A DNA stretch of 64,000 bases from Bacteroidales bacterium (GTDB taxonomy: Bacteria; Bacteroidota; Bacteroidia; Bacteroidales; Tenuifilaceae): NCBI GenBank assembly GCA_017524185.1, contig JAFWUG010000071.1:3445-67444 (forward strand), given 5' to 3'. A program made the position numbers and the translations under genes. The notes beneath the pieces are model-generated. The model saw nothing but the letters and a program-made list of their open reading frames with translations. It was not told where the DNA came from and did not search any database. Positions 16,640 to 27,675 of this stretch are shown piece by piece (position 1 is the stretch's first letter; every line of letters starts with the position of its first letter).

Positions 16640-16675
16640 CGATAGGGAAACTTGGTTGTTCAAGTTTCCCTATCG
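16640..16675 (-). terminator. Stem-loop immediately downstream of tRNA-Arg
   Basis: CGATAGGGAAACTTG pairs with CAAGTTTCCCTATCG (15-bp stem, 6-nt loop). Confidence 0.65.
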
Positions 16676-16680
16676 CTATG

Positions 16681-16754
16681 TGACCCCGGCGGGATTCAAA
16701 CCCACAACCTTCTGATCCGTAGTCAGATGCTCTATTCAGTTGAGCTACGGAGCC
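16681..16754 (-). tRNA. tRNA-Arg (anticodon ACG)
   Basis: Hand-folded cloverleaf: acceptor GGCTCCG/CGGGGTC, D-arm GCTC/GAGC, anticodon arm TCTGA-CTACGGA-TCAGA, T-arm GTGGG-TTTGAAT-CCCGC. No CCA is encoded. Confidence 0.9.
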
Positions 16755-17074
16755 ATTGCTTAGAGCGGTGCAAAGATAGGCATTATTTTTCAGATGCAAA
16801 CTTTTTCGCAAAAATTTTTGCGAAAAAGTTTCGACACCATTCCACTGAAAACTACTAACAGTTTGAATTTCAAATCTTTAAAACCCAAAAACCACTTGCA
16901 CTTTTTTTGTTGGCAAGAACGCTGATGCCGCCTCATCGGCTCAAAAATCAATATCCAGCAGCCATAAAACAGAGCGCAAAAGCATACAACTAACTGTATA
17001 TAAATGTATTAAAAATAAAACGTGCAACTACACTGCAAACAAACAATTGAAACACAACAAATTACCCTCAAAAT

Positions 17075-17953
17075 TTACCTAAACGTAAGCCGAAAAACTG
17101 TTTGGGTTAGGTTGCTTCGCAGCAACTCGATTGAGCCATTATGCTGATGCATAATCTGTTGCGATATGCTAAGTCCAATTCCAGAGCCTTCGGACTTGGT
17201 GCTGAAAAACGGCACAAAAATCGACTCCTGCGCCGCAATCGGTATTGGCTCGCCATCGTTGGCTACTTCAACCACTATTTCGTCTTCATCGGCCAGCATT
17301 GATGTTATCTCTATATGCTTGGCACCAGCCTGCAGAGCGTTCTTTATGAGGTTGATGAGTATTTGCGCTATCTGCCCCTCGTCGACGTAGATAATCAGAT
17401 CGCTATCCATGGGCAGATAGCGGCACTGGGCATGCTGTTCGGCAACCAACTCGCTATTCAATGCTATAATCTTATCCATCAGCTCGTTGAGGTCAATGGC
17501 CTTTTTTATCGGGCGCGCCACGCCCGACATTTGCCTGTACGACTCCACAAAACGAATCAGGTTGTTCGATGAATGCGCAATAGTTTTTAGTCCTGCTTTG
17601 ATATTGAGCTGGCTCCGTCCCTCGTCGTCCACCGAGTTGGCAAGCGCGTCGGAGAGCGTGTATATGGGCGTTACGGTGTTCATAATCTCGTGGGTTAGAA
17701 TCCTTATGAGCTTGTTCCACGAGTCCTGCTCATGCGCAGTGCGCTGTTTATCAAAAATGAAACGTATGCGATTTAGAGTACGATTTAGCCTATTGTTGTT
17801 CAGAAAGCGGAAGTTTAACTCTCCGTCTTCCATGGCATCCATCATATAAGCCACCTTGTTAATGTCGCGCCTTCGGGTGGCAATGTGAGCCACCAATGCG
17901 GCCACCACAGCCGAGGCGCAACATGCTGCTATTAGCCATGACGTTTGAATCAT
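17075..17953 (-). CDS. Sensor histidine kinase (NtrB/AtoS-like)
   Basis: One N-terminal TM segment. The H-box is LTHEIMNTVTPI, and the ATPase boxes are NLIKNALQA and SEGSGIGLS. The start ATG 17953 overlaps the upstream stop (ATGA). Confidence 0.85.
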   Translation of the reverse strand: MIQTSWLIAACCASAVVAALVAHIATRRRDINKVAYMMDAMEDGELNFRFLNNNRLNRTLNRIRFIFDKQRTAHEQDSWNKLIRILTHEIMNTVTPIYTLSDALANSVDDEGRSQLNIKAGLKTIAHSSNNLIRFVESYRQMSGVARPIKKAIDLNELMDKIIALNSELVAEQHAQCRYLPMDSDLIIYVDEGQIAQILINLIKNALQAGAKHIEITSMLADEDEIVVEVANDGEPIPIAAQESIFVPFFSTKSEGSGIGLSISQQIMHQHNGSIELLRSNLTQTVFRLTFR

Positions 17954-19272
17954 AGGCCATACTTTTTGAGCTTTGTATAGAGCGTGGGGCGGCTGATACC
18001 GAGCATTTTTGCCGCCGCCGAAACATTTCCGCCGCAGCGTTGCATAGCAACGCGAACACGCTGCTCTTCGCTGGACGAATGAACACTGGGACGGAATTGA
18101 CAATTGTCGGGGGCAAGCTGCAAATCGGAGCATGTTATGAGCGGACCTTCCGAAAGAATTACGGCCTTCTCCATGCAGTTTTGCAGTTCGCGGATATTGC
18201 CACTCCAACGGTTGTCCTGCAGCATGGCCTGCGCCTGTGGAGCAATGCCCTTAATGGGACGATGATACTTGGCAGCAAACTGATGCACAAAGTTTTGGGC
18301 CAACGGCACAATATCGGTCAATCGTTCGCGCAACGGCGGCAAGGCCAAGCGCACGGTACTGATGCGGTAGTATAGGTCTTCGCGAAATCGCCCCTCGCGT
18401 ATCATCTGCTCCAAATCCATGTTGGTGGCGCACACCAGCCGTATGTCAATTTGCTTGCTTTGCGAACCACCAACACGCGTAATGCATCGATTCTGTATGG
18501 CTCGCAGCAGTTTGGCCTGAAGATGTGGCGGTATGTTGCCAATCTCGTCGAGGAAGAGCGTACCGCCATCGGCCTGCTCAAATTTGCCCATGTGGTCGGC
18601 ATGGGCATCGGTGAATGCGCCTTTAACGTGGCCAAACAGTTCGCTCTCAAAGAGCGTATCGGCGATGACTCCAACGTCCACGGCCACCATGGGCATATTA
18701 CACCTGGTGCTTTGGGCATGAATTTCGTGAGCCAGCACGTCTTTGCCCGTGCCGTTTTCGCCAGTAATTAGCACCGACACCTCGGTTGGGGCAATTTTGC
18801 TCAGCGTGTGCTGTATGGCCTGCATGGCTACGCTATCGCCCCAAAACATTTGGTGTTGCTGCGTCGAGGCGCTATGCTTTCCACGCGCTTTGTCGCGCGC
18901 ATGGGTGAGACTCTCAATCAGTTTATCGTTTTGCCATGGCTTAGTGATGAAGTCGAACGCGCCGCGTTTCATGCCCTCCACGGCCAGCTGTATGTCGGCG
19001 TAGGCCGTGAATAGCACCACCTCAACGTTAGACATCAATCCTTTGATTTGATCGAGCCAAAACAAACCCTCGTTGCCCGTGTTTATGGCCGCTTCAAAGT
19101 TCATATCGAGCAGCACCACGTCGGGCTGTATGCGTTCAAGCGAGACAACCAGTTTTGATGGCGAGGCTATGGTGTACACCTCATCGAAATGCAATGGTAG
19201 CAATATTTCGAGCGTGCGTCGGATACCCGCATTATCGTCAACTATGAGTATTTTTCCTGATTTATGTGCCAT
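17950..19272 (-). CDS. Sigma-54-dependent response regulator (NtrC/AtoC-type enhancer-binding protein)
   Basis: The receiver domain has ILIVDDN and VLLDMNF. The AAA+ domain has GENGTGKD and a GAFTDA loop. The C-terminal Fis-type HTH is [20 protein letters not shown]. It starts at ATG 19272. Confidence 0.9.
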   Translation of the reverse strand: MAHKSGKILIVDDNAGIRRTLEILLPLHFDEVYTIASPSKLVVSLERIQPDVVLLDMNFEAAINTGNEGLFWLDQIKGLMSNVEVVLFTAYADIQLAVEGMKRGAFDFITKPWQNDKLIESLTHARDKARGKHSASTQQHQMFWGDSVAMQAIQHTLSKIAPTEVSVLITGENGTGKDVLAHEIHAQSTRCNMPMVAVDVGVIADTLFESELFGHVKGAFTDAHADHMGKFEQADGGTLFLDEIGNIPPHLQAKLLRAIQNRCITRVGGSQSKQIDIRLVCATNMDLEQMIREGRFREDLYYRISTVRLALPPLRERLTDIVPLAQNFVHQFAAKYHRPIKGIAPQAQAMLQDNRWSGNIRELQNCMEKAVILSEGPLITCSDLQLAPDNCQFRPSVHSSSEEQRVRVAMQRCGGNVSAAAKMLGISRPTLYTKLKKYGL

Positions 19273-19499
19273 GTGCAATTTGTGATATATCCGAGAGCCA
19301 CATGCCCCTTGAGTGGCCATTTATGGCCGCAAGATACTATTTTTTGCTTCAGAGTGTGATAATGCTCGATCCGTTGCCCCTCGTTTTATGCATGTAATCC
19401 ATAACAAACAGCAATACGCACTAAGTTTTTTTTGCTCAAAACAACAAGGCCCACCCTGCGGATGAGCCCTGTTTATGCTTATTGTGTGATGGCCGTAAA

Positions 19500-20075
19500 C
19501 TATTTAACAAGCCCAGCAAAACCCATAAAGGCCAACGCCAATATACCTGCAGTGATAAGCGTGATGGGTGTACCGCGCATCCCTTTGGGGATGTCGGCCA
19601 ACTCCATTTGCTCGCGTATGCCCGCCATTATCACCATGGCCAAACCAAAACCGATGGCGGTAGCAAACGAATAGACCACACCCTCAAGCAGCCCGAATTC
19701 CTTCTTAATCACCATTATAGCCACACCCAACACGGCGCAGTTGGTGGTGATTAGCGGTAAAAATACGCCCAAAGCCTGATAGAGAGCGGGACTAACCTTT
19801 TTCAGCACAATCTCAACCATTTGCACCAGCGATGCTATAACCAAGATGAACACTATGGTTTGCATAAAATCGATGCCCAATGGCACCAGCACGTAGTGCT
19901 GTAGCAAGAATGTTACGATGGTGGCCAGCACCATCACAAAAGCAACAGCACCAGCCATACCCGAAGCGGTGTTTATTTTCGACGATACGCCCAAAAAGGG
20001 GCATATCCCCAAGAATTGCGAAAGAACCACATTGTTAACAAATATGGCTGCGATGATTATGAGCAAATATTCCAT
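19500..20075 (-). CDS. rnfA: Rnf electron transport complex subunit A
   Basis: 191-aa polytopic membrane protein with N-terminus [18 protein letters not shown]. Confidence 0.9.
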   Translation of the reverse strand: MEYLLIIIAAIFVNNVVLSQFLGICPFLGVSSKINTASGMAGAVAFVMVLATIVTFLLQHYVLVPLGIDFMQTIVFILVIASLVQMVEIVLKKVSPALYQALGVFLPLITTNCAVLGVAIMVIKKEFGLLEGVVYSFATAIGFGLAMVIMAGIREQMELADIPKGMRGTPITLITAGILALAFMGFAGLVK

Positions 20076-20081
20076 GGCGTG

Positions 20082-20660
20082 TTATCGTTTAATGCGGTTA
20101 AACAGGGCAATCAGATAGCCCAAAGCGATGAATGCTCCAGGGGCCAGCACAAATACCAAAATGGCATCGGTTTGGATAAGCCTGAGGCCGAACACCGAGC
20201 CTGCACCCAGCAACTCGCGCACAGCGCCCAGCAACGTGAGCGCAAGCGTGAATCCCAAGCCCATGCCTATGGCATCGAGCAGCGAGTCGAACGCGCTATT
20301 TTTGTTGGCAAACGCCTCGGCACGACCAAGCACCACGCAGTTCACCACAATAAGCGGTATGAATATACCCAACGTTTCGTAGAGCGACTGCGTGTAGGCC
20401 TGCATCAGCAGGTCAATTATAGTTACAAAAGTAGCTATCACCACTATATAGGAGGGTATGCGCACCTTGTCGGGGATGAATCGGGCAATGAGCGATATAA
20501 CCACGTTGGAGCCCATCAGCACGAACATGGTGGCCATGCCCATGCCCAGCCCGTTGAGGGCCGAGCTGGTGGTGGCCAACGTGGGACACATGCCCAACAC
20601 TATCACAAAAATGGGGTTCTCGCGGATTAGTCCGCGTGTGAGATTATTCAAGCGGTTCAT
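20082..20660 (-). CDS. rnfE: Rnf complex subunit E
   Basis: 192 aa with [18 protein letters not shown]. Position is between rnfG and rnfA. Confidence 0.9.
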   Translation of the reverse strand: MNRLNNLTRGLIRENPIFVIVLGMCPTLATTSSALNGLGMGMATMFVLMGSNVVISLIARFIPDKVRIPSYIVVIATFVTIIDLLMQAYTQSLYETLGIFIPLIVVNCVVLGRAEAFANKNSAFDSLLDAIGMGLGFTLALTLLGAVRELLGAGSVFGLRLIQTDAILVFVLAPGAFIALGYLIALFNRIKR

Positions 20661-21232
20661 TGCGCACCTCCTTTCGTCAGGGCGATGTAGGCACGCTGCA
20701 CGGCATCGCAGTAGGCACGCGACGAGATGGTGGAGGCCGTTATGGCATCAACATCGCCACCATCCTTGCGAACGCTAAGCGCAAAGTGGTCGGGATGCTT
20801 GCCCTCGAACTGTACACAGAAGTTCGACTTCGAGGGATCGATTTTGTCGCCCAGGCCGGGTGTCTCGTTGTGCGACACCACCGCTATGCGGTGAATGCTG
20901 CTGTCGGGTAAAAAGCCCACCATTAGCTCTATGTTGCCGCCAAAACCATTTTTCGAGAATGTTTTGATGGCTGTCCCCACGGATTCGCCCCCTTGGGTGG
21001 CGCGGTATATGGTGAGTTCGCCACCATCAAGGCTCAATGTTTGTGCTTGCTCCGATGGATTGTTGTCGAACTCCGGCAGCACAGCCTTTATGGCGTTGTT
21101 CACCTTTTCAGCCTTGGCCAACGCAATTGGTGTTTTGGTGGAGTTATATACAAAACCAAGCAGCAGCGAGGCCACGAGAGTAATCACCACCAGGGCGACA
21201 AGCATGTTTTTGAGGTTCGATTCTGTTGCCAT
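20657..21232 (-). CDS. rnfG: Rnf complex subunit G (FMN-binding)
   Basis: 191 aa with an N-terminal TM segment and an FMN-attachment region [12 protein letters not shown]. It overlaps rnfE by 4 nt. Confidence 0.85.
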   Translation of the reverse strand: MATESNLKNMLVALVVITLVASLLLGFVYNSTKTPIALAKAEKVNNAIKAVLPEFDNNPSEQAQTLSLDGGELTIYRATQGGESVGTAIKTFSKNGFGGNIELMVGFLPDSSIHRIAVVSHNETPGLGDKIDPSKSNFCVQFEGKHPDHFALSVRKDGGDVDAITASTISSRAYCDAVQRAYIALTKGGAQ

Positions 21233-21236
21233 AGAC

Positions 21237-22235
21237 TTACTGAGCGGCCCTCCTTTCGCCGAAACGTTTGGGTTTCATGTATTTATTGATTAGCGGCACC
21301 ACGCTATTCATAATCAGTATGGCAAACGACATGCCCTCGGGATAGGAACCCCAAACGCGGATTATGACCGTGAGCAGGCCTATGCCAATGCCATACACCC
21401 ACATACCAGCGGGATGCATGGGAGAGGTAACATAGTCGGTGGCCATAAAAATAGCACCCAACAACAAACCGCCAGTGAGCAGGTGGAATATGGGGTTGGC
21501 GTTGGTTTCGGGAGCAACAAGCCATAGTATGCCAGTGAAAGCGGCCACCGTGCCGATTATGGATACGGGTATGTGCCAAGTGATGGTACGTGTGATGAGC
21601 AGCCAAACCATCCCGATGAGCAGCGCGAGAGCTGAAATCTCACCCAGCGAGCCGCCCATCAGCCCCATAAACATATCCATGTTGCTGGGTAAATCCATCT
21701 GCGAAATGGTTTGACCCTTGCTCAGCCCCTCCTTAAGCACGGCCAACGGAGTGGCTCCAGTGAGCGCATCGGTATATTGCAAACGCGACTCAATGGGCTG
21801 CGGCCAGCTGGTCATCTGCACAGGGAAAGATATGAGCAGGAACACGCGAGCAACAATAGCGGGGTTAAAAATGTTGTTACCCAAGCCACCGAAGCTCATC
21901 TTAGTCATGCCAATGGCCACCAAAGCTCCCAACACCACTATGTACCAAGGCAGGTTACTCGGCACATTGAACGCCAAAATAAGTCCAGTTACAACGGCCG
22001 AAAGGTCGCCAACGGTCGATTTAGTGCGTAGCACGAAGCGCTGTATCAGGTATTCGATTAGAACGCACGATCCCACCGATAGGAGCGTAACCAAAAGCGG
22101 GCCAATGCCGAAGTAGAACAACGACACGGCAAAGGCGGGCATAAGCGCCAGCACCACGTTAAGCATGAGCTTCTGCGTTGTTTGCGGGCTCTGCACATGG
22201 GGCGATAGCGATACCACTAGTTGTTTATTGTCCAT
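21237..22235 (-). CDS. rnfD: Rnf complex subunit D
   Basis: 332-aa polytopic protein with motif FMATDYVTSP. Confidence 0.9.
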   Translation of the reverse strand: MDNKQLVVSLSPHVQSPQTTQKLMLNVVLALMPAFAVSLFYFGIGPLLVTLLSVGSCVLIEYLIQRFVLRTKSTVGDLSAVVTGLILAFNVPSNLPWYIVVLGALVAIGMTKMSFGGLGNNIFNPAIVARVFLLISFPVQMTSWPQPIESRLQYTDALTGATPLAVLKEGLSKGQTISQMDLPSNMDMFMGLMGGSLGEISALALLIGMVWLLITRTITWHIPVSIIGTVAAFTGILWLVAPETNANPIFHLLTGGLLLGAIFMATDYVTSPMHPAGMWVYGIGIGLLTVIIRVWGSYPEGMSFAILIMNSVVPLINKYMKPKRFGERRAAQ

Positions 22236-22289
22236 ATATTGCTTATAATCTACTTGTTATCTTGTTTGGGCTTATTATTTCGGAGCCTA

Positions 22290-23633
22290 CTATTTTTTCG
22301 CATTGCGGCTACGAATCATGGCTCCCACCTCGTTTTTGCCCAGTTTAATGTAGTCGAGCAACGAAACCTTAGCGGGACAGGCGTAGAAGCACGAACCACA
22401 CTCCATGCAGTCCATCACGCGTTCGTTCTCCATATCGGCAAACCTACCGCGCTGGCTGAGGCGAGCAAAGAGGTATGGCTCCAACCCCAGCGGACACGCG
22501 TTCACGCAGCGGGCGCAGCGTATGCACGCTTGCGGTTCGCCCTTTGTGGCCTCGCTGCTGGGCATAAGCACCACGCCCGACGTGCCCTTGGCAACAGCCA
22601 CATCGGTGCTAATCAACGCTTTACCCATCATAGGACCACCGCTAATCACCTTACCCGTGTCGGAGGGCATACCGCCTGCAGCCTCTATCAGAGTTGATAT
22701 AGGCGTACCAATGCGCACCCTAAAGTTCGATGGTTTTTCCAACTGTTTGCCCGTAACCGTAACCACACGCTCAAAGAGCGGCTTACGTTTCTGTACGGCC
22801 TCGTAGGCGGCCAGCACCGAGCCCACGTTCACCACCACCGCACCAACCTCGATGGGCAGCCCACCCGATGGCACTTCGCGCCCCGTGATGGCCTTGATAA
22901 GCATTTTCTCGCCACCCTGCGGATATTTCACACGTAGGGGCTGCACCTCTATGCCTTTATAATCCTGTGCCAACTTGCTAAGATGCGCAATTGCATCGGG
23001 CTTATTGTTCTCGATACCAATCACAGTGCGCTCCACTCCAATGGACTTCATCAAAAGCTGTAGTCCAACCATAATCTCAGGGCCATGCTCGAGCATCACC
23101 CGATGGTCGGACGTGAGGTAGGGCTCACACTCCACCGCATTAACAATCAACACGTTGGCTTTCTTACCTGTGGGTATGGTCAATTTCACGTGCATTGGGA
23201 ATGTTGCACCGCCAAGGCCAACAATGCCAGCCTCGGCAATACGTTTCACAATCTCGTCGGGAGCAACATCAAGATTGGTGTTAAGTTCGGTGGAACGGTC
23301 GATAGACTCGAGCCACTCGTCGCCCTCCACGGCTATGGTTATGGTTGGACGTTTATAGCCTGTGCCGTCGGCTATTGGCTCAAGCGATTCCACCACGCCC
23401 GAAACCGAGCTGTGAATGTTGGCCGAAACAAAACCACCGCTTTGCGCCAGCAGTTGCCCAACCTTGACCCTATCGCCTTTGGCTACCACGGCTGTGGGTG
23501 GTGCTCCAATATGCTGCTGTAGAGGTATATACACCTTAGCAGGCAGTTGCAGGCGTTCGATGGGGCGATCGGCGCTGAGTTTTTGCTCTGGTGGGTGTAC
23601 GCCGCCCTTTCTGAATGTCCTCAATTTGCTCAT
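22290..23633 (-). CDS. rnfC: Rnf complex subunit C
   Basis: 447 aa. The NADH-binding-like region has GLGGATFP. Two 4Fe-4S motifs are present: CIRCARCVNACP and CMECGSCFYACP. Confidence 0.9.
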   Translation of the reverse strand: MSKLRTFRKGGVHPPEQKLSADRPIERLQLPAKVYIPLQQHIGAPPTAVVAKGDRVKVGQLLAQSGGFVSANIHSSVSGVVESLEPIADGTGYKRPTITIAVEGDEWLESIDRSTELNTNLDVAPDEIVKRIAEAGIVGLGGATFPMHVKLTIPTGKKANVLIVNAVECEPYLTSDHRVMLEHGPEIMVGLQLLMKSIGVERTVIGIENNKPDAIAHLSKLAQDYKGIEVQPLRVKYPQGGEKMLIKAITGREVPSGGLPIEVGAVVVNVGSVLAAYEAVQKRKPLFERVVTVTGKQLEKPSNFRVRIGTPISTLIEAAGGMPSDTGKVISGGPMMGKALISTDVAVAKGTSGVVLMPSSEATKGEPQACIRCARCVNACPLGLEPYLFARLSQRGRFADMENERVMDCMECGSCFYACPAKVSLLDYIKLGKNEVGAMIRSRNAKK

Positions 23634-23675
23634 CTGTTTCTATGCTGATGTGCTTTTTTGTTTATTTTTAGCTAC

Positions 23676-24548
23676 TTACGATTGCGCCTCGGCAACTGTC
23701 GTTGCTTCGGTTGCGGCGGGCTTACGCGGCGGGAAATTCACCTCGTGGATTGCTCCCGTAGGACATTCGCCCACGCATTTGCGGCAGGCCTTACAGCGCT
23801 CAAAATCGATATAGGCCACGTTGTTCTCCACCGTAATGGCCTCGAACGGGCAAATTTTTGCACACTTGCCGCAGCCAATGCAAGCCACGCCACAGGCTTT
23901 ACGTGCCACACCGCCCTTGTCTCTATTGAGACACGAAACAAATACTCGCCTTCCCTTTGCGCCCTTCTTGCGCAACTCAATCACATTTTTAGGGCAAGCA
24001 GAAACGCAAGCACCGCAAGCAGTACATAGTTCCTCGTTCACCACGGGGAGCAGCGTTGTGGGATCAATTGCAATGGCACCAAACTTACACACGCGGGAGC
24101 AATCGCCCAGCCCCAGACAACCGAACGGACAAGCGGTGTCGCCCGCAAACAGCGAAGCGGCCAGTTTGCACGATGGTGCGCTATTATAGACAGCAGTGCG
24201 TGGGCGTTTGGCCGGACTTCCAGCACAACGCACCACAGCCACTTGCGGCTCTTTGGCCTCAATGCTCATACCCATTATGGCGGCAGCAGCCTCCATGGCC
24301 TTGTTTCCGCCTACAGGACAAAACATGGCACTGGGGTTATCGCTCTTAACAAAGGCGTCGGCAAATCCCCTACAGCCCGGATAGCCACAGCCACCGCAGT
24401 TAGCGCCGGGCAGCACCGCTTCAACCTCATCGATACGCGGATCCTCATCCACCCTAAATTTGTTGGCCACCACAAAAAGCACTATGGCCAGCACGATTCC
24501 TAAACCAGCTAATATCAGCACGGAGTATAAGATGATTGGATTCATCAA
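23676..24548 (-). CDS. rnfB: Rnf complex subunit B (polyferredoxin type)
   Basis: 290 aa with an N-terminal TM segment, CGGCGYPGC, and several CxxCxxCxxxCP ferredoxin motifs. Confidence 0.9.
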   Translation of the reverse strand: MMNPIILYSVLILAGLGIVLAIVLFVVANKFRVDEDPRIDEVEAVLPGANCGGCGYPGCRGFADAFVKSDNPSAMFCPVGGNKAMEAAAAIMGMSIEAKEPQVAVVRCAGSPAKRPRTAVYNSAPSCKLAASLFAGDTACPFGCLGLGDCSRVCKFGAIAIDPTTLLPVVNEELCTACGACVSACPKNVIELRKKGAKGRRVFVSCLNRDKGGVARKACGVACIGCGKCAKICPFEAITVENNVAYIDFERCKACRKCVGECPTGAIHEVNFPPRKPAATEATTVAEAQS

Positions 24549-24623
24549 CTATTGTTTTATAATTCTCACACACAAATATTTACACCCAAACATTGGGCTT
24601 ATAATCCTAAGCGTATGCTTGAG

Positions 24624-25055
24624 CTAGAGCCGCTCCACCTGTAGGGACAAACGCGATGCTATGCGTTTGTTTAACAGCCGCAAGCCGAGATAGTAGGGAA
24701 CCAAAGAGCATAATGCTATCAAACCCGACAAACCCTCATTAAGCCCTGCGGCGCACAACGCAAATAGCACAATCACCACAACCATAAGTGGGAGCAGATA
24801 GCCATATAGCACCGATTTTAGCCCCATGCGGGTGGGCATCACCACCTTAACAGCATCGCCCACGCTGTAACCCCCTGTGGGACAAGCGATGTCGAGCAAA
24901 CGTGTAGTGCTATCGAGGGCGATGCAAGCACCTTTGGCATGGCAAGCAGCGCAAGCCGATTGGCTGCTTATGCTAACCTGAAGCCCCGTGGCCGTTATGG
25001 CCGCCACCTGTCCGATATGCTCAATACTGTTCGCCCGCGTTCCCAATTCGTGCAT
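24624..25055 (-). CDS. RseC/MucC-family (SoxR-reducing system) membrane protein, first gene of the rnf operon
   Basis: 143 aa with a Cys-rich N-domain (SACAACHAKGAC) and two C-terminal TM helices. It sits upstream of rnfB. Confidence 0.75.
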   Translation of the reverse strand: MHELGTRANSIEHIGQVAAITATGLQVSISSQSACAACHAKGACIALDSTTRLLDIACPTGGYSVGDAVKVVMPTRMGLKSVLYGYLLPLMVVVIVLFALCAAGLNEGLSGLIALCSLVPYYLGLRLLNKRIASRLSLQVERL

Positions 25056-25070
25056 TTACTTAAGATTATG

Positions 25071-25078
25071 CAAAGATA
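25071..25078 (-). promoter_or_regulatory. -7 box TATCTTTG for the rseC-rnf operon
   Basis: TAnnTTTG on the minus strand, 16-23 nt upstream of ATG 25055. Confidence 0.4.
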
Positions 25079-25275
25079 ACATTTTTTGCCCCCAAATCAA
25101 TCGGCGACCTATCTATTTATACAAAATCCAAATAGCAAAAAAGTACATATACATATCCAACCTAAAGGCCTAACGCCCGCATGTTCAGGCGTATTACACA
25201 TCAAACTATAAGATATATCGTTATACATAAACACACATTTTTATGTAGAAGCACACCGTGTATAACTTTAGTTGC

Positions 25276-25283
25276 TATATTTG
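25276..25283 (+). promoter_or_regulatory. -7 box TATATTTG for the dipeptidase gene
   Basis: TAnnTTTG, 32 nt upstream of ATG 25315. Confidence 0.45.
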
Positions 25284-25314
25284 CATTCTGTAAACCAACA
25301 AACCGTTTTTTGGA

Positions 25315-27057
25315 ATGAAACTCAATGCAAAGATGATGGCCATGGGACTATGCCTACTCGTGGCCATGGCCAAGCCTACACTGGCTTGCACCAACTTCTT
25401 GGTAACCAAATCGGCCTCAACCGATGGAGCTACCATGATAACCTACGCCGCCGACTCGCACTACCTCTACGGTGAGCTATATTTCCGTCCGGCAGCCGAC
25501 TACCCCGAAGGCACATGGTTCGATGTTTATGAGTGGGACACCGGACGCTACCTTGGACGCATCCCGCAGGTGCGCCACACCTACTCGGTGGTGGGCAACA
25601 TGAACGAATATCAGTTAGCCATTGGCGAAACCACATTCGGAGGTCGCCACGAACTGGAAGACAGCACTGGCATAATTGACTATGGTTCACTTATTTACCT
25701 CACTCTACAGCGTGCTCGCTCGGCTCGCGAGGCCATTGTAACCATGGCGCGTTTGGTTGAGGAGTATGGCTACGCCAGCTCAGGCGAATCGTTCTCTATA
25801 GCCGACAAAGACGAGGTTTGGGTGCTTGAGATGATTGGCAAGGGCACCAACATGCAAACCGACAAGAAAACCAAAAAATCGCGCAACGCTAACAAGGGCG
25901 CAGTGTGGGTGGCCGTTCGCATCCCCGATGGCTATGTGTCGGGACACGCCAATCAGGCCCGCATCACCACCTTTGCCCTCGAAAACATGAACACTTCAAT
26001 ATCGTCGAAAAATCTCGACAAGATTTTTGAACCCAATATTGAGGTGGTTTACTCGCACGATGTGGTGTCGTTTGCCCGATCAAAGGGCTATTTCAACGGC
26101 AAGGACGAAGAGTTCAGCTTCTCCGACACCTACGCCCCCATCACATTTGGTGGTGCACGTTTCTGCGATGCTCGCGTTTGGTCGTTCTTCAAGGACGTGA
26201 ACCCCGACATGAAGAGCTACGAAGACTACGCCTTGGGCAAAAACCTGAGCCATCGTATGCCGCTGTATATCAAACCCAACCGCAAAATATCGGTACGCGA
26301 CCTGATGAACTTCATGCGCGACCACTACGAGGGTACAACCATGGACATGACCAAGGATTTTGGCGCAGGACCTCACGGCCTACCCTATCGTTGGCGCCCC
26401 ATGACCTGGAAGTATAACGGTCAGAACTACGTACACGAGCGTGCCACGGCCACCCAGCAAACGGGCTTCTCGTTCGTAACCCAGTCGCGCAACTGGCTAC
26501 CCGATGCCATTGGTGGCATACTGTGGTTCAGCGTCGATGATGCTGCCACCACCGTTTACTACCCCGTTTATTGCAGTTCGACACGCGTTGCCGAAGCATA
26601 CGCTGTGGGCAATGGCGATTTGATGAACTACCGCGAAAACTGCGCTTTTTGGACCTTTACAAAGGTGTCGAACTTTGCCTACCTGCGCTACGACCTCATG
26701 TCGGCCGACATTAAGAAGGTACAGGACGAACTCGAGGAGCGTTTTATCCGCTCAACCAGCACCGTTGATGCCGAGGCGCAGAACCTCTACAAATCCAACC
26801 CGCAGGAGGCCATTCGCTTCCTAACCGACTACTCGGTAACCACGGGCAACTACGTTGAGGCTCGCTGGGAGCAGCTATTCCGATTCCTGCTGGTTAAATA
26901 CATGGACGGCAATGTGAAACGCCAAAACCCCGACGGTTCGTTCCGTCGCAGCAAGTACTACCCTGGCGTTCCCGACGCTTTGGACAACCCCGAATACCCC
27001 GATTGGTGGAAAAAGATGCTGATTGAAAGTACGGGCGATAAGCTCAAGCAACTGTAA
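25315..27057 (+). CDS. Peptidase family C69 dipeptidase (secreted)
   Basis: 580 aa. The signal peptide ends at the catalytic Cys ([15 protein letters not shown]). Length and composition are typical of C69. Confidence 0.85.
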   Translation: MKLNAKMMAMGLCLLVAMAKPTLACTNFLVTKSASTDGATMITYAADSHYLYGELYFRPAADYPEGTWFDVYEWDTGRYLGRIPQVRHTYSVVGNMNEYQLAIGETTFGGRHELEDSTGIIDYGSLIYLTLQRARSAREAIVTMARLVEEYGYASSGESFSIADKDEVWVLEMIGKGTNMQTDKKTKKSRNANKGAVWVAVRIPDGYVSGHANQARITTFALENMNTSISSKNLDKIFEPNIEVVYSHDVVSFARSKGYFNGKDEEFSFSDTYAPITFGGARFCDARVWSFFKDVNPDMKSYEDYALGKNLSHRMPLYIKPNRKISVRDLMNFMRDHYEGTTMDMTKDFGAGPHGLPYRWRPMTWKYNGQNYVHERATATQQTGFSFVTQSRNWLPDAIGGILWFSVDDAATTVYYPVYCSSTRVAEAYAVGNGDLMNYRENCAFWTFTKVSNFAYLRYDLMSADIKKVQDELEERFIRSTSTVDAEAQNLYKSNPQEAIRFLTDYSVTTGNYVEARWEQLFRFLLVKYMDGNVKRQNPDGSFRRSKYYPGVPDALDNPEYPDWWKKMLIESTGDKLKQL

Positions 27058-27076
27058 AAGGTGCAAAGCACTATCA

Positions 27077-27110
27077 ACGGGGAGACTCCGAAAGGATTTC
27101 CCCGTTTTTT
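27077..27110 (+). terminator. Rho-independent terminator after the dipeptidase gene
   Basis: ACGGGGA pairs with TCCCCGT, with an inner TCC-GAAA-GGA pairing, followed by TTTTTT. Confidence 0.75.
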
Positions 27111-27154
27111 ATGTTCAAAAAAAGATACCTACTTGGTGCTTTGGGGAAAAAATT

Positions 27155-27162
27155 GTACATTT
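27155..27162 (+). promoter_or_regulatory. -7 box TACATTTG for rplS
   Basis: TAnnTTTG, about 90 nt upstream of ATG 27251. Confidence 0.4.
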
Positions 27163-27250
27163 GCGCCCGATTTGGCATGTAATCTCTTGTAAGGACATAG
27201 GAGCCTATAATATTGCATGTCGGAAATGTAACCTACTAAAACACAGACTA

Positions 27251-27619
27251 ATGGATTTAGTTAAAGTGGCCGAAGAGGCATTTGCCGTGAAGAAAGAGTA
27301 CCCCGAGTTTAAGAGCGGCGACACCATTGTGGTACGCTACCGCATCATAGAGGGTAACAAGGAGCGTGTGCAGAACTTCAAGGGCGTGGTGATTCAGCGC
27401 AAGGGTGCTGGCTCAACCGCTACCTTCACCGTGCGCAAAATGTCGGGCGGTGTTGGCGTTGAGCGTATTTTCCCTGTTTTCTCACCTTTCATCGAGGGCA
27501 TTGAGCTCACCAAGCAGGGTCGCGTTCGCCGTGCCCGTATCTACTACCTGCGCAACCTCACTGGCAAGAAAGCTCGCATAAAAGAGAAACGTCGCAATGT
27601 GGTAGCGAGCAACAACTAG
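27251..27619 (+). CDS. rplS: 50S ribosomal protein L19
   Basis: 122 aa from ATG 27251, with [33 protein letters not shown] and [10 protein letters not shown]. Confidence 0.95.
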   Translation: MDLVKVAEEAFAVKKEYPEFKSGDTIVVRYRIIEGNKERVQNFKGVVIQRKGAGSTATFTVRKMSGGVGVERIFPVFSPFIEGIELTKQGRVRRARIYYLRNLTGKKARIKEKRRNVVASNN

Positions 27620-27635
27620 TTGATTGGTCAACAAC

Positions 27636-27671
27636 GAAAAAAATCCTCTTGTACAAGAGGATTTTTTTTTT
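27636..27671. terminator. Bidirectional terminator shared by rplS and ATPase paralog 2
   Basis: A-run, AATCCTCTTG-TA-CAAGAGGATT, then a T-run. Confidence 0.8.
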
Positions 27672-27675
27672 CACC